Shown here: piece by piece, positions 49,656 through 63,342 of the stretch | How positions within the stretch are numbered: the stretch's first letter is position 1 | Layout of the letters: every line of letters begins with the position of its first letter | Source of the DNA: Eledone cirrhosa | Lineage: Eukaryota | NCBI GenBank assembly: GCA_964016885.1 | Contig: OZ024740.1 | Span: forward strand, 155,496,001-155,560,000 | Direction: 5' to 3' | DNA: 64,000 nucleotides | Notes under the pieces: model-generated | Databases searched by the model: none | Told to the model about the DNA's origin: nothing | What the model saw: the letters and a program-made list of their open reading frames with translations, nothing else | Made by a program: the position numbers and the translations under genes

Positions 49656-50270
49656 TAAATATCTTTAAGTTGTTTGGAAGCCTCGACAATGCAAATGAGT
49701 AAATCTCCGGTGGTGGAGAGAGAGATGTAAGTGGGTGTACGTTGAGATGCGTGGTGTGTATAAGATGTGTAAGATGTGTAGAAGAATGAAGGGAAGAGTA
49801 TAAAGGATAAAATAAAAATAAAAATAACAACACAAGAGAGAGTTACCTTGGGAGAGATTTAATAGTCCCTATATATTTCGGATTCACATCCATCAACTGA
49901 GGTTTTTTTCCGGGGTGGGGGAAAAGGTTGTCTGTCAGACAGGTGCGAAACGCGTCCTCCGCTGTTTGTTGTTTTGAATATCAACCTTTTCCCCCACCCC
50001 GGGAAAAACCCCAGTTGATGGATGTGAATCAGAAATATATAGGGACTATTAAATCTCTCCCAAGGTAACTCTCTCTTGTGTTGTTGTTATTTTTATTTTA
50101 ATTTTATCCTTTATACTCTTCCCTTCATTCTTCTACACATCTTACACATCTTATACACACCACGCATCTCAACGTACACCCACTTACATCTCTCTCTCCA
50201 CCACCGGATCTGGTTACCCGGAGATTTACCTATTTGCATTGTCGAGGCTTCCAAACGACTTAAAGATATT

Positions 50271-50272
<2 letters not shown>
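49656..50272. mobile_element. Fold-back element with near-perfect inverted arms of about 280 bp, probably PLE pseudo-LTR derived
   Basis: 49656-49930 / 49982-50272; orphan hammerhead 3' halves GAAACGCGTC (49947) and GAAATATATA. Confidence 0.75.
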
Positions 50273-50304
<32 letters not shown>

Positions 50305-50797
50305 TATATACACACACATACATATACATATACACACATATATACACACACACACACATACATACATATATATATATACACATACACACATACATATATA
50401 TATATATACATACACATACATATATATACTCACACACACATACATATATATACAGACACATACATATATATATATATATACACACACACATACATATATA
50501 TACACACATATATATATACACACACACATACATATACACATACACATATATATATATACACATATATATATATATATACACACAAACACATATACACACA
50601 CATACATATATATACACACACACATATATATACATACACATACATATATATACACACACACATACATATACACACACACATATATACACACACACACAAA
50701 TATATACACACACACACATATATACACACACACACACATATATATATACACACACACACACACACATATATATACACACACACACACATATATATAT

Positions 50798-50838
<41 letters not shown>

Positions 50839-50857
50839 TATATATATATATATATAT
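50272..50857. repeat. (TA)/(CA) compound microsatellite
   Basis: Directly visible. Confidence 0.95.
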
Positions 50858-51134
50858 TGTTATGCTTTGGGAGAAACGAAATATATATATATATTTATTA
50901 AAATAACAAATTAAAGTTTAAGCAAAGAATCGCTGCTTTCACCCTTAACATGATCTTCTCTATTTGCTCTACGGTTCTTATATATTTGATATATATTTAT
51001 CCTTATCGAGCCCTCTTTGGATTTTAGTCTTCAAATTTATTATTATTACTATATATATATATATATATATACCGTCTAACCCATGCTACCATGGAAAATG
51101 GACGTTTAACGAAGATGATGATATATATATATAT

Positions 51135-51260
51135 AAGACAGCCCTATGCGAGCAAGACAACCACTCTTGCCTCAAGTGGGAAAACCCCCGTCCAAACCCA
51201 TGCGAGCGTGGAACATGGACGTTAAACGATGATGATGATGATGATGATGATGACGATGAT
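51135..51260 (+). mobile_element. Extreme 3' tail of the PHD-RT LINE with (GAT)n
   Basis: Matches 42850-42961. Confidence 0.85.
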
Positions 51261-51397
51261 AAGTAGAAGGAGTATTTAATTTGTTGGAAGTCCGACAAAT
51301 ATAAATGTTTATAACAGATTTAGAGCACTCAACAGTTTCCTGGAGTAAATATTCAATGATATTAAATAAATGGAAACTATATTTATAAAACCATATT

Positions 51398-51460
51398 TAT
51401 TTTATTATATATATTTCAAGGGTATCAAAACACATTGGTACGCTTTCCTCAGATAAAATA
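51398..51460 (-). ncRNA. Type I hammerhead (inverted copy)
   Basis: Reverse complement: tattttat-CTGAGGA-aagcgtaccaa..ttgataccctt-GAAA-TATATA-TA-ataaaata. Confidence 0.78.
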
Positions 51461-51545
51461 CAAAGTTTGTTTTATAAATAGAGACATACCCATGAAAATC
51501 ATACCTTATCAGTTGGATATTCTCTGGATATTCTCTATCCATTTG

Positions 51546-51608
51546 TATTTTATCTGAGGAAAGCGTACCAATGTGTTTTGGTACCCTTGAAATATATATA
51601 ATAAAATA
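51546..51608 (+). ncRNA. Type I hammerhead
   Basis: tattttat-CTGAGGA(51554-51560)-aag c gtaccaa..ttggtac c ctt-GAAA(51589-51592)-TATATA-TA-ataaaata. Confidence 0.82.
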
Positions 51609-51735
51609 AATATGGTTTTATAAATATAGTTTCCATTTATTTAATATCATTGTATCATCATCATCATCATCATTTTACGTCCGCGCTTTTCCCTGCTTGC
51701 AAGGGTGGGACGGGTCTTATATATATATATATATG

Positions 51736-51780
<45 letters not shown>

Positions 51781-51783
<3 letters not shown>

Positions 51784-54187
51784 TTCTAGTCAGATAGATT
51801 TTATCTTCATCAGAGGACGTGACAGATGGACGGTCGTCAACACAAAAGCCTACCCTAGTGAGGAATGTACCTCCCAACATAGCTTAGTTGTCAGCAACCT
51901 CACGGTCAGAACTAGACGAACCTGGAAACAGAAGCCAACCTGGAGAAGAAATATCTGGAAGCTGAAAGACCCCTCAACCAGTAACAGATTTAAAGATATT
52001 TTACTCAACGCCTACGACAGTAAAGGAAAACAGATAGAGACATTCAATGTAGAAGAGCACTAGGAGTTCCTAAAAAATAACTTACTAGAGGCAACGGATG
52101 AGATCTGTGGCTGGAGCAAGACCACAGGCAGGAGGAGAGTGACTTGGTGGTGGAACAATAAGGTAGATGAGGCAGTTAAGGCCAAAACACAGGCATAGAA
52201 AGAATGGAAGAACGGGGGAAGCAGGGTACATTACATAGAGACCAGGAGGGAAGTTGGGCGACAAGTATACTTAGCTAAGAGGGAAGCAGAGGATAGAAAA
52301 TTCTAGCATGTTTTGCAACTTGAGGACCAGAAACAGGAGGTATTCAAGATTGCGAGGCAGTGTGTCAGAGAGAATTCTGATGTCATTGGAGAGAACTGTA
52401 TCCAGAATGAGCTTCCCCTCACAAGTGCTGAGAAGAAAGATGCATGGAAGAGCCATTATGATAGATTACTAAATGAGGAGAATGCATGGGAAGAAGAGAC
52501 CCTACCCCAAGCAGACCCAATAGAGGGACCAGCAGTACAAGTCAGCAGCAGCGTAGTAAGTAAGGCAATCAAAGATATGAAGACAGGTAAGGCAACCGGT
52601 CCATCGGGTATAGCTGCCAAGATGCTGAAGGCATCTGGGTCGGTAGGTCACACAATAACCACAAGTATTGTTAACCAGGTAATACTAGAAGGTGTCAGAC
52701 CAAAGGCTTGGTGCAGTAGCATCATTGTCAACTGCTACAAAGGTAAAGGTGATGCACTAGATAGAGGAAACTATAGCGGTATAAAGCAGATGGACCAGGT
52801 CATGAAAGTAACAGAAAGAGTTATAGCAGAGTTGATTAGGGACCGGGTGAAACTAGATAAGATGCAATTTGGGTTTGTGCCAGGAAGAGGAACCACTGAT
52901 CCCCTCTTCCTTGTGAGGCAGTTACAGAAAAAGTACCTAGCTAAAAGTAAGCCACTCTACCTGGCATTCGTCGATCTCGAGAAAGCCTTTGACAGAGTTC
53001 CCCGTGCTATAATCTGGTGGGCTCTTAGAAAACTAGGAGTAGATGAATGGCTTGTGAAAGCTGTACAAGCCATGTATAGGGGAGCAGTCAGCAAAGTTAG
53101 GATTAGAAATGAGTATAGCAAGGAATTTAGCATACAGGTCAGTGTCCACCAGGGCTCTGTTCTTAGCCCTCTCATGTTCATCATAGTCCTGCAGGCAATA
53201 ATGGAGGAGTTTAAGACCGGATGCCCATGGGAACTCCTGTATACAGACAACCTCGCACTTATAGCTGAATCTGGTAGAACTAGAGAAGAAATTCCAAACT
53301 TGGAAGCAGGGACTAGAAAGAAAGGGTCTCAAAGTCAACCTGACAAAGACTAAGGTCCTTGTAAGTAGATGAGAAAACAGAACCCAGATCCCCCCAGGGA
53401 AATGCCTTGCTCAGTATGTAGGAAAGGTGTAGGTAGGAACTCCATTTTCTGCCCTAAATGCAAACAATGGGTACACAAGAGATATAGCGGGATCTTAGGA
53501 ATCTTAACTAAGAATGTAGGCTTCACATGTAGCAGCTGTGCTGGGACAGCAAGCAGCAAAGAGCCACAGGAAACAAGTACCACCAAACTCTGAGAGGGCT
53601 CTGTACAAACAGTAGACAGGTGACCGAGTTAGCAGCGGAAGTGGGTGTTCAGAAAGTACAATAACTAGGGTAAGAATGGGATAAAAGAAGTTCAGGGAGC
53701 TACTGCCACTGCTAGCTGCAAAAGGCTTTTCCCTCAAAATGAAAGGCAGACTGTATGATGCGTGTATCCGAACAGCAATGTTATATGGTAGTGAGACCCG
53801 GGCGCTGTCTGTGGAAGACTTGCATAGATTAGAAAGAAACGAAGCCTGCATGCTCCGATGGATGTGTAATAGTAATATACGAGAAACGGCAAAGCATAAA
53901 TGAATTGAGAGAGAGACTGAGTATAAGAGGAATCAAATGGTGTGTGCAGGAGAGGCGGTTGTGTTGGTATGGACATGTGATGTATATGAAGGATGACAGC
54001 TGCATAAAAAGGTGCAGAGCACTAGAAGTCAATGGAAACCACGGAGTGGGTAGACCCAAGAAGACCTGGGATGAGGTGATAAAAGCCGACCTTACCCAAT
54101 TAAACCTCTCAAAGGCAGTGACACAGGACCGTGACCTCTGGCGTCACGCAGTAATACAGAAGACCCGACCTCCCACGGGTACAAGCC
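51781..54187 (+). mobile_element. 5'-truncated PHD-RT RTE LINE, subfamily B, degenerate, lacking its 3'UTR
   Basis: End of APE, RT ORF 52313-53353, PHD 53400-53540, GRPKKTW; several stops and frameshifts. Confidence 0.93.
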
Positions 54188-55045
54188 AAAGCTGGTTGTC
54201 TCCTCCCTTCTCACTCAACGTTAAAACCGATGTAAGCAAAAAATTTCTAGCCCTCTTAGATAGACACTTTCCCATATGTCATAAATACCGCTCCATCTTT
54301 AACCGACACAAAGTAAAACTAAGATACTCCTGTGCTAAGAACATGAAGGCCCACATCACCAACAGCCCTAAGAGCAACACCCCACCAAGGTGCTCTTGTC
54401 GAAAGCCCGAAGCTTGTCCCCTTCAACAGCTATGCAACACACCCACTATAGTTTATGAAGCTGTGGTCACTTCCAACCGACCAAATCAACAACATGAAGT
54501 CAAATCCTATATGGGTATGGCAGAGGGCCGATTTAAGGAATTCTTCTTGAACCACCAGTCGACCTTTAGGTACCCAGACAGGCGTTCATCCACGAAACTC
54601 GCGAGCCACGTATGGCCCCTCAAGGACTCAAGTATAGACTACTCCATTCAATAGAAAGCCATCACTAAGTCCAAGCCATACGCAAGGGGCAATCCGTCAT
54701 GTGGACTATGTATCGATGAACGAATAAATATTCTAAAGAGATTACGCAATAGAGATTTCCTAAACTCAAGAAATGAATTCTTCACACATTGTCCACATGT
54801 CTGGAAATACCTCTTACATAACTACAAAGCTCCGGATTGAATTACAACATCCTAATTTTCTTATCAACTAGAAACTTTTGGACTTTCGCAGTTATCTCCC
54901 TGACACCTCTCGCACGCAATTTAGTATTGCCCGAGTGAAATGACCGTTTCTGCGCATGCGCGTTCGTACGGTTGTCCTTCCTGTTCCATATAACCATGTC
55001 CATTACGAGCTGAGGATCCGCTAAGGTGAAACAATTGTTCTTGGT
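54188..55045 (+). mobile_element. 5'-truncated Penelope-like element (GIY-YIG) ending in a hammerhead and (TG)n
   Basis: WLSPPFSLNVKT..FLALLDRHFP..IFNRHKVKLRYSC..CSCR...CPL..C..IVYEA..SYMGMAEGRFK..NHQSTF..CGLC..LNSRNE..CPH; stop at about 54840. Confidence 0.9.
55006..55043 (+). ncRNA. Minimal type I hammerhead
   Basis: cgag-CTGAGGA-tcc gctaa ggt-GAAA-CAATTG-TT-cttg, downstream of the PLE ORF. Confidence 0.75.
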
Positions 55046-55497
55046 GTGTGTGTGTGTGTGTGTTTGTGTGAATGTATGTCTGTGAGTAGGTATTTTTGCA
55101 AGTGTGTCTGTGTTTGCGTGTTTATATTTATATACTTATACATATAAACCTATTCATATACACATATACATCAGCATGTTAAAAAAAATTCTAGTATATG
55201 TATATGTGTGAAATTAAATGAAATTTATAGCTCACACATATGCAGGTTTAGCTGAAATTCTACAAGGTTACTCAGGTATATTAATGTTAGAAGACCCAGA
55301 GCTATCATGACTAGCAATGTGAAATGAAGCATTTTGCTCATTGATCCCATAACCTTATGATTGTGAGTCCAACAACCTAACCATTAGGCTATGTGCCATC
55401 ATCTACACACACACATATATATATATATTATATTCCACCTGGTTGTGATGGGGCTTATAATGTTGTTAGAACTCAATGTGTCCAGTGAAATTTGGCG

Positions 55498-55628
55498 TAT
55501 TTCTGAAGAAGACAGTCGATTGAACATGAATTTTGATACTAGAAATAGGTTTTAGCTTAACCACTGCCATCCTAGTCAACACATCGATCTTCCATGATCA
55601 ATCGACCTTCTGAAACGATTGTAAAACA
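55498..55628 (+). ncRNA. Type I hammerhead with stem II of about 100 nt in a non-coding insert of about 250 bp
   Basis: ttt-CTGAAGA(55503-55509)-aga..gtcgattga...tcaatcgac..tct-GAAA(55612-55615)-CGATTG-TA-aaa. Confidence 0.7.
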
Positions 55629-56418
55629 ATGAACTACCTAACTACGTCTGACTTCTGTCTTTGTTTCATTGTTCTTTGAACAAACACACACATATATATA
55701 TATATATGATGGACCCTTGTATTGAGAATGATGTGTGAACAGTCAGTAACAAAGGATAAAATATAAAAGCCAAGTAAAAGTTGAATTGACAATCATTGAG
55801 AAATAAATTAAGTTAAATTTCAATGGCTGACAAACCCTCTTATGAAGAGAAAGACCACATCAAGACTTGCTAGATGTTGCTGGCAATTATGTCTGTAACC
55901 CAGTTCTTAGAATAGATATACCATATTCCTGCATGTTGTATGATGACTAAAAGAGTTGGCATCAGGAAGAGCATCTAGCCATAGAATATTGACTAAAAAA
56001 TAATCCCACCCAACCCATGGAAAAGCAGACACAAAACAACAATGATGACTGTACTTAATTAACATTGGTTCAATGATTATCTGTGAGGTGATGCACAATC
56101 AGACATCCAATATTAGTTAGTAGTAAGTCAATAGACAGGAGATATATTGAGCTTGATTTAATTGCTGCATACAGTCTTTATATAGATAAGTTCAATATTG
56201 AACTCTTGATCTATCTGATCTGGAATCAAATAAAGTGAGGAGGGAGAAATAAGAGGGGTGGATGGGTGATAGATAGAGAGAAAGTTGAGAAAAAGAGAGA
56301 TATATGAGAGGGAGAGAGAGAGAGAGAGAGAAAGAGAAGATGATATATATTATATATGAGAGAGAGAAACATGAGGGAGAGATGAAAGATAAAGATAGAT
56401 AAGACAGGCTAAAATGGG

Positions 56419-56539
<121 letters not shown>

Positions 56540-56897
56540 ACACAGAAAGCATTTTCATTCTTGCTGTTTTCAGAATGTTGGAATAAATGAAGTGGTAGAC
56601 TAAAATATCTGACAGTATCCTATCCTATCCTATTCAGTGTTCTAATTTCAAATCCTGCCAAGTCTAAAACACCACTCATATGCTGAAAGCAATCCAATGG
56701 ATTATATTCTTTCTTACCACATTTTATAAAGATAGCAGCCAAATCTAATTCAAATTACACACTTTACTGTCTTACAAAAATAACAACTCATGAGATAACT
56801 TACATGTGAATACACAATATATGAAAAAATAAAGAAGCGATGGCCATGCTGGAATGACTTTCATCATAGATCTGGTTGACCAAGGTGCTATACAACA

Positions 56898-57102
56898 TTA
56901 ACCCTTTAGCATTTAAACCGGCTGTATCTGGCCAGAATTCTCTCACCTCTTTCTGTTCAAACTGGCTATAACCAGCTGCTCATACTGATGTTAAGGTATT
57001 GTTCTCAAAATATTAAAATCTTATAGATTCGATATTATGTCAGATAATTATGTAAAGCCTTTACCGTGAAAATATAGAGTAATGTAAATACTAAATGGTT
57101 AA
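56898..57102. mobile_element. piggyBac-type MITE, family 1, abutting a family 2 MITE (57100-57351)
   Basis: ttaaccctttagcattta ... ctaaatggttaa; followed by aaccttttgat...aatatggtaatgtaaggttaa. Confidence 0.8.
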
Positions 57103-57351
57103 ACCTTTTGATATCAAACTGGCTGAAACCACCCTCGATTTATGATACATCTTAAAATTTTGATTCTTATATTAAAATCGTCCATCATAATTTTATTTTA
57201 GAAATGTTTATAATGTAATATCATAAATATCGGCTTACTAATGAAAAAATTAGTCATTTTATTAAATTCCTCCAAATGTTGAGTTATTTTCTAAATTAAA
57301 TGAAACTTATAAGCAGTATATATCATTAAAAATATGGTAATGTAAGGTTAA

Positions 57352-57490
57352 AGGTGGTGAATTTGTAGAATTACAGCATTGTAGTATTTGTTCTAGATCT
57401 ATATGCTCTGAGTTCAAATAGAGGTCAACCTTACCTTTCATTCTTTCAGGGTGGTCAAGAAATAAAGAACTATTCCAATACTAGGGTTGA
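57352..57490 (+). mobile_element. Degenerate family A SINE
   Basis: ctgagttcaaat..gaggtcaaccttacctttcattc. Confidence 0.6.
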
Positions 57491-57556
57491 TTCTTCTCTC
57501 TTTCTCTTTTTCATCATTAGAAGCAATCGACTGTGATCAAATTTAAAATACTCCAG

Positions 57557-57590
57557 ATATGCTGTATGTTCTGACGGCAGCCTTCTATGA
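57557..57590 (+). CDS. Candidate terminal coding exon (phase 2): (R)YAVCSDGSLL*
   Basis: Acceptor tactccAG; phase compatible with 35966-36021; an alternative acceptor ending at 57520 would give RSNRL*. Confidence 0.3.
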
Positions 57591-57874
57591 CTCCATCAAG
57601 AGTTGAAGACCCAAGGAAGATAATTAGATAATCAGTTGTTGTTTTTTTGTTTGTTGTTAGTGATAACCTGGTTATTTTGCATGTAACATGGCTGAATGGT
57701 CAAGAAGTTTAATTCACAATCACAGGTTTCCAGTTTGCATCTCATCTAGGCAAGTGTCATATGAATGAAATTGAGTTGTTGAATCTTCCTGAGAATGATG
57801 TTAAGTTGGTAAATCTATTTTTGGAATGCTCAGCCACTTACATTTTAATTTCATGAGCAAGCTGCTTTATTGAA

Positions 57875-58104
57875 TAACCCCTTAGCAGTCAAACTGGCTG
57901 TATCCGACTAGAAATCTCGCACCTCCTTCTGTTCAAACCAGCCGTAACTTGCCACTCATACTGATGTTAAGGTATTCTTCTCAAAATAAATAATATAAAA
58001 ATCTCAGTGATGTGATATGTGATGTAAAGCCTTTACAATATTATGTGATGTAAAGCCTTTAAAATATAATAGTACATATAGAGTAATGTAAAAGCTAGAG
58101 TTAA
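57875..58104. mobile_element. piggyBac-type MITE, family 1 (degenerate)
   Basis: Same internal blocks; taaccccttagca ... gctagagttaa. Confidence 0.7.
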
Positions 58105-58299
58105 ACAATTGGAACATTCATCATTGAAAACAATGGAGATCCATTTACCTAAGATGAGTATCTGCAGATGTTTGTATGTTTATATGTATGATTGTTTAAT
58201 CTACCAATAAACTAACTGCATAGATTTAAGTTTAGATTTTTGACAAGAAATGAAAACTGAACAAAAAAAAAGAAACAAAAAATTAAATAAATATGATTT

Positions 58300-58487
58300 T
58301 TAATTTTGGCACAAGGCCAGCAATTTAGGGGGAGGGGGGAAACTCAATTAAATCAACCCCAGTACTTGACTAGTACTTTGTTTTATCTACCCTGGAAGGA
58401 TTTGAACACAGAACATAAGTAACAGGAACAAATACTGCTGCTAAGAATTAATCCGATGTTCTAACGATGCAGCCAAACCACCACCCT
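58300..58487 (-). mobile_element. Degenerate family A SINE
   Basis: ttggcacaaggccagcaattta..accccagtacttgactagtacttt. Confidence 0.65.
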
Positions 58488-58984
58488 TAAATAAATAATA
58501 AAAATAAAAAAAATATATATAAAAATAAATAATAAAAATAAAAATACAAAAATGAAAAATAAATAATAAACATATAAAAATGACAAATAAATTTAAAAAA
58601 AGTAATAAATAAAAATAAAATTAAGTGAAAATGTGAGAAGTAGAATGATGATTTTTGAGGAGAGAGGGAGAAATGAAAATAAAAGAAAATAAAAGAAAAC
58701 AAAATTGGCTCTATTTTAAAGAAGTGATAAGTTGAAATTAAGTAAATAACAATATTATATATTTTTTTCCTTGAGTAAAAAGCAGTTAAAATCAATTTGC
58801 TCAGTTCAGTATATATATATGTGTGTGTATGTGTATTTTTGTTTATTCTATTGACTTCCCAGTTGAATTAAATGGTAATAACTATAACAAAAGAATAGAA
58901 AATATATATATCAATGAGATAATTCATGCAATAAATTAGGATAGGTTTTCGTTTAATCTACTTATACACAGACACATGTATGTA

Positions 58985-59054
<70 letters not shown>

Positions 59055-59206
59055 CATGCTTTTTTGTTGTCTTTATATTCAATTTGTTTTTTTTATGAAA
59101 TGATGGCTTATTTATATGCGGTTGATGGAAAACATTTTTCTATTACCCTAAGTATTGAGTACTCTGGTGCGTTATGGTCCATCTGGTTCCTTACCACACC
59201 TCCTTC

Positions 59207-59239
<33 letters not shown>

Positions 59240-59300
59240 TCATCATCATTTTACGTCCACTTTTCCCTGCTTGCAAGGGTGGGACGGGAACTGATTCTGG

Positions 59301-60541
<1,241 letters not shown>

Positions 60542-60719
60542 ATGAGATGTTACTAGTTAAAAGCCATAAGACCATTATTTAACTTCGTACTTTATACTTA
60601 AGAAAAGTAGAATATAGATATAAGGATTATTTGCCCAACAGTAGTAGAAGCTTAACCATAGGATAAAAATCCTAATAATAATAATGATAATAATTGTTTC
60701 TACTATAATAATGATAATA

Positions 60720-61138
60720 ATAGTTTCTGATTTATGCACAAGGCCAGTCATTTTGGGGGGTGGGGGTGGAAAGTCAATTAAATCGACCCCAGTGCATGAC
60801 TGGTACTTTATTTTATCGACCCCGTAAGGATGAAAGGCAAATCTAACCTTGGTGGGATTTGAACTCAGAACGCAAAGGGCCGTAACTCTATGCTGTGTAG
60901 CAGGGTGTCTGATGCTCTACTGATACTGCCAATCTACCACCCTAATAACTGTTCCTACTTTTGGCACAAGGCCAGCAATTATTCCAGTGCATTACTGGTA
61001 CTTTATTTTATTGACCCCGTAAGGATGAAAGGCAAAGTTAACCTCGGCGGGATTGGGATTCAGATCATAAAGGGCCGTAACTCTATGCTACAAAGTATGG
61101 CGTCCAATCTTCTACCGATACTGCCCATCCACCACCCT
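60720..61138 (-). mobile_element. Two family A SINEs in tandem
   Basis: 60720-60942 and 60945-61138 each carry tail, core and head. Confidence 0.85.
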
Positions 61139-62392
61139 AATAATAACAATAACACACATATATATATTTGTAATGAGGGTAATTCATTGGAAGATGAAGT
61201 TTGTAAATTAATGCCAAAAATTTTTAAGCTTGATGTGGGTCAAGGTGTAATTCAGAGCATTTAAAAAGTAAATCTAGAAATTCTGAAGGAATCTAAAACA
61301 TTTTTTAATGTCTCTGATGATATAATGAGATGTGAAATTATGTGTTCAAGTATGCACGAATCTTAGTATAATGATTTATGTCTATATACTATAATGTAGC
61401 TTAATCAAATTCTTCCATTTATCACATTCTCTGTACTTCATTTGTTGAAACATGTGTAAGATGAATAAAAATGTTTTAAATTCCTTCAAAATTCCTGGAT
61501 TTTTTATAGATTCATATATATTTTGTGAATCTGTCCATGTTTGTATTTACATCTATGGTGCTGTTTGTTTATGTCCTGTAACGTAGCAGTTCAACTAATA
61601 AGGTTTAATAAAATAAGAAACAGCTTAAAAAAAATAAGTACTGGGTTTGATATGACTGAGTAAAACTCTTGATGGTTTTGCTCTAGCATGGCCACAATTT
61701 TAGGACTGAAGCCAGCAAGAAAATAAAAGAATAGGATTTCATTTAATATTTTTATTTTATTTATATATGTATGTTTTTTTAATGAAATAAAGCTTTATTT
61801 ACATGTAGTAATAGAGTAATAAAGATGTGTTTATGTTTAGCAATGTCTATAATACTATATTGTACGTTGCTAAATTTTAATACAAATTTCAGGGAAAAGA
61901 AATAAAAATAAAAAGTAAATTAATATTGATTTCGTTATCTTTAATTGATATTTTTATATTCATAGTATATTTCATAGTTGAATGATTAGCTTCCAGGTCA
62001 GTTTTCATTGAGCAGACTTATGATCAAAGGATTCAAGCTGTGACCATCTCAATTTCTTTTTACATCATCATCATCCTCATCGCTACCATCATCATTACCA
62101 TCATCATCCTCATCATTTAACGTCATTCTCCATGCTAGCTACCAAGGGTTGTATCTTCAATCGCATTATGTGAAATATCCTTTCTTTTTTATTTTAATGA
62201 CAAGGTATCATTGAGAAGGGTTGCAGACTTAATTGCTTGGGTTTAGCTCTTATCAAGTAATAATACTGCTGTCTCTTGGCAATCACATTCAACTGCCAAT
62301 GGTTCATTTTATTTACTACTTCAAGTATATATATATATTTATTCTTTAGTCAGGTCCTCTGAGACTGGTTGGAGGGAGGGAAGTAATTATCC

Positions 62393-62590
62393 TTAATCAT
62401 TCAGCATTTAAAGTCAGAATTCTTTCACCTCTTTCCGGTTCAAACTGGCTATAACTAGCCACTCATACTAATGTTAAGGTATTGTTCTCAAAATAAATAA
62501 TATCAAAATCTCATAGATTCGATATTATGTGAGATAATTATGTGAACATATAATAGTAAATATAGAGTAATGTAAATGCTAAAGGATTAA
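62393..62590. mobile_element. piggyBac-type MITE, family 1
   Basis: ttaatcattcagcattta ... taaatgctaaaggattaa with conserved body. Confidence 0.75.
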
Positions 62591-63262
62591 ACCAGAGACC
62601 TGGCCTGAATGCTTACAACAAAGTAGACTTTGTTAAAGGCACCTAAGTAACATATTAAGTCTACTATCCAGCAGGATTTGAACTCAGAACGCAAATATCA
62701 CAAGTTGTCTCAGCCAATCTACCACACTGGATTAGTACTTTATTTTGTTAACCTCAAAAAGATCAAAGGCAAACTGAAAAAAACAAAAATGTGCATGTCA
62801 TCATTTTCAGTTGCTTAATCAGTGAATAATTTTTCACTCAAAATCTACATATTTTTATATTCATACTAATGACTAGTAGGTATACCGTTCAGGGTTCTAT
62901 TCTGATGCAAAGCAGGTTTAGCAAATGTCTTTTACTACTAGTCATCCAAAGCCTTGTGAAGGAAATTTGTTAGATAGAAACTGTACAGGACCTTGTTGGA
63001 TGAACAAATTTGATGAACTGAACAAAAAAAAAAAAAAGCACCTTGTGATCCTAATTTCCAAAGTCAACTTGCATTTTGTTCTTTATGAGATTGGTACTAT
63101 TACTAGAAAAAACTAGTGGGATCATAACTGAATTGCTAAAAATATACCATGATGATTTCCCATTATCCCTGTCGTCCAATGACTCAAACCAATAAAGGAA
63201 TAGTAAAAAAAATAATAATCCAGATAATTTTGGTTGGATAAGAAAAAAGAAGACTGACAATA

Positions 63263-63342
63263 TACAGGATGCCCAAAAAATGTATACACACTTTATTAGA
63301 ATGCTGTTGAAGTGTGTATACATTTTTGGGGGACACCCTATA
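63263..63342. mobile_element. 80-bp Tc1/mariner-type mini-MITE with TA target duplication
   Basis: TA-caggatgcccaaaaaatgtatacacactt ... aagtgtgtatacatttttgggggacacccta-TA. Confidence 0.7.

Larger units (their letters stand above)
51260..51654. mobile_element. Non-coding fold-back unit carrying two opposite-polarity hammerheads
   Basis: Inverted arms about 51355-51464 / 51542-51652. Confidence 0.8.

Noticed and set aside
61310-61350. ctgatga...gaaa spacing suggestive of a hammerhead
   Set aside because: No convincing stem I, II or III pairing
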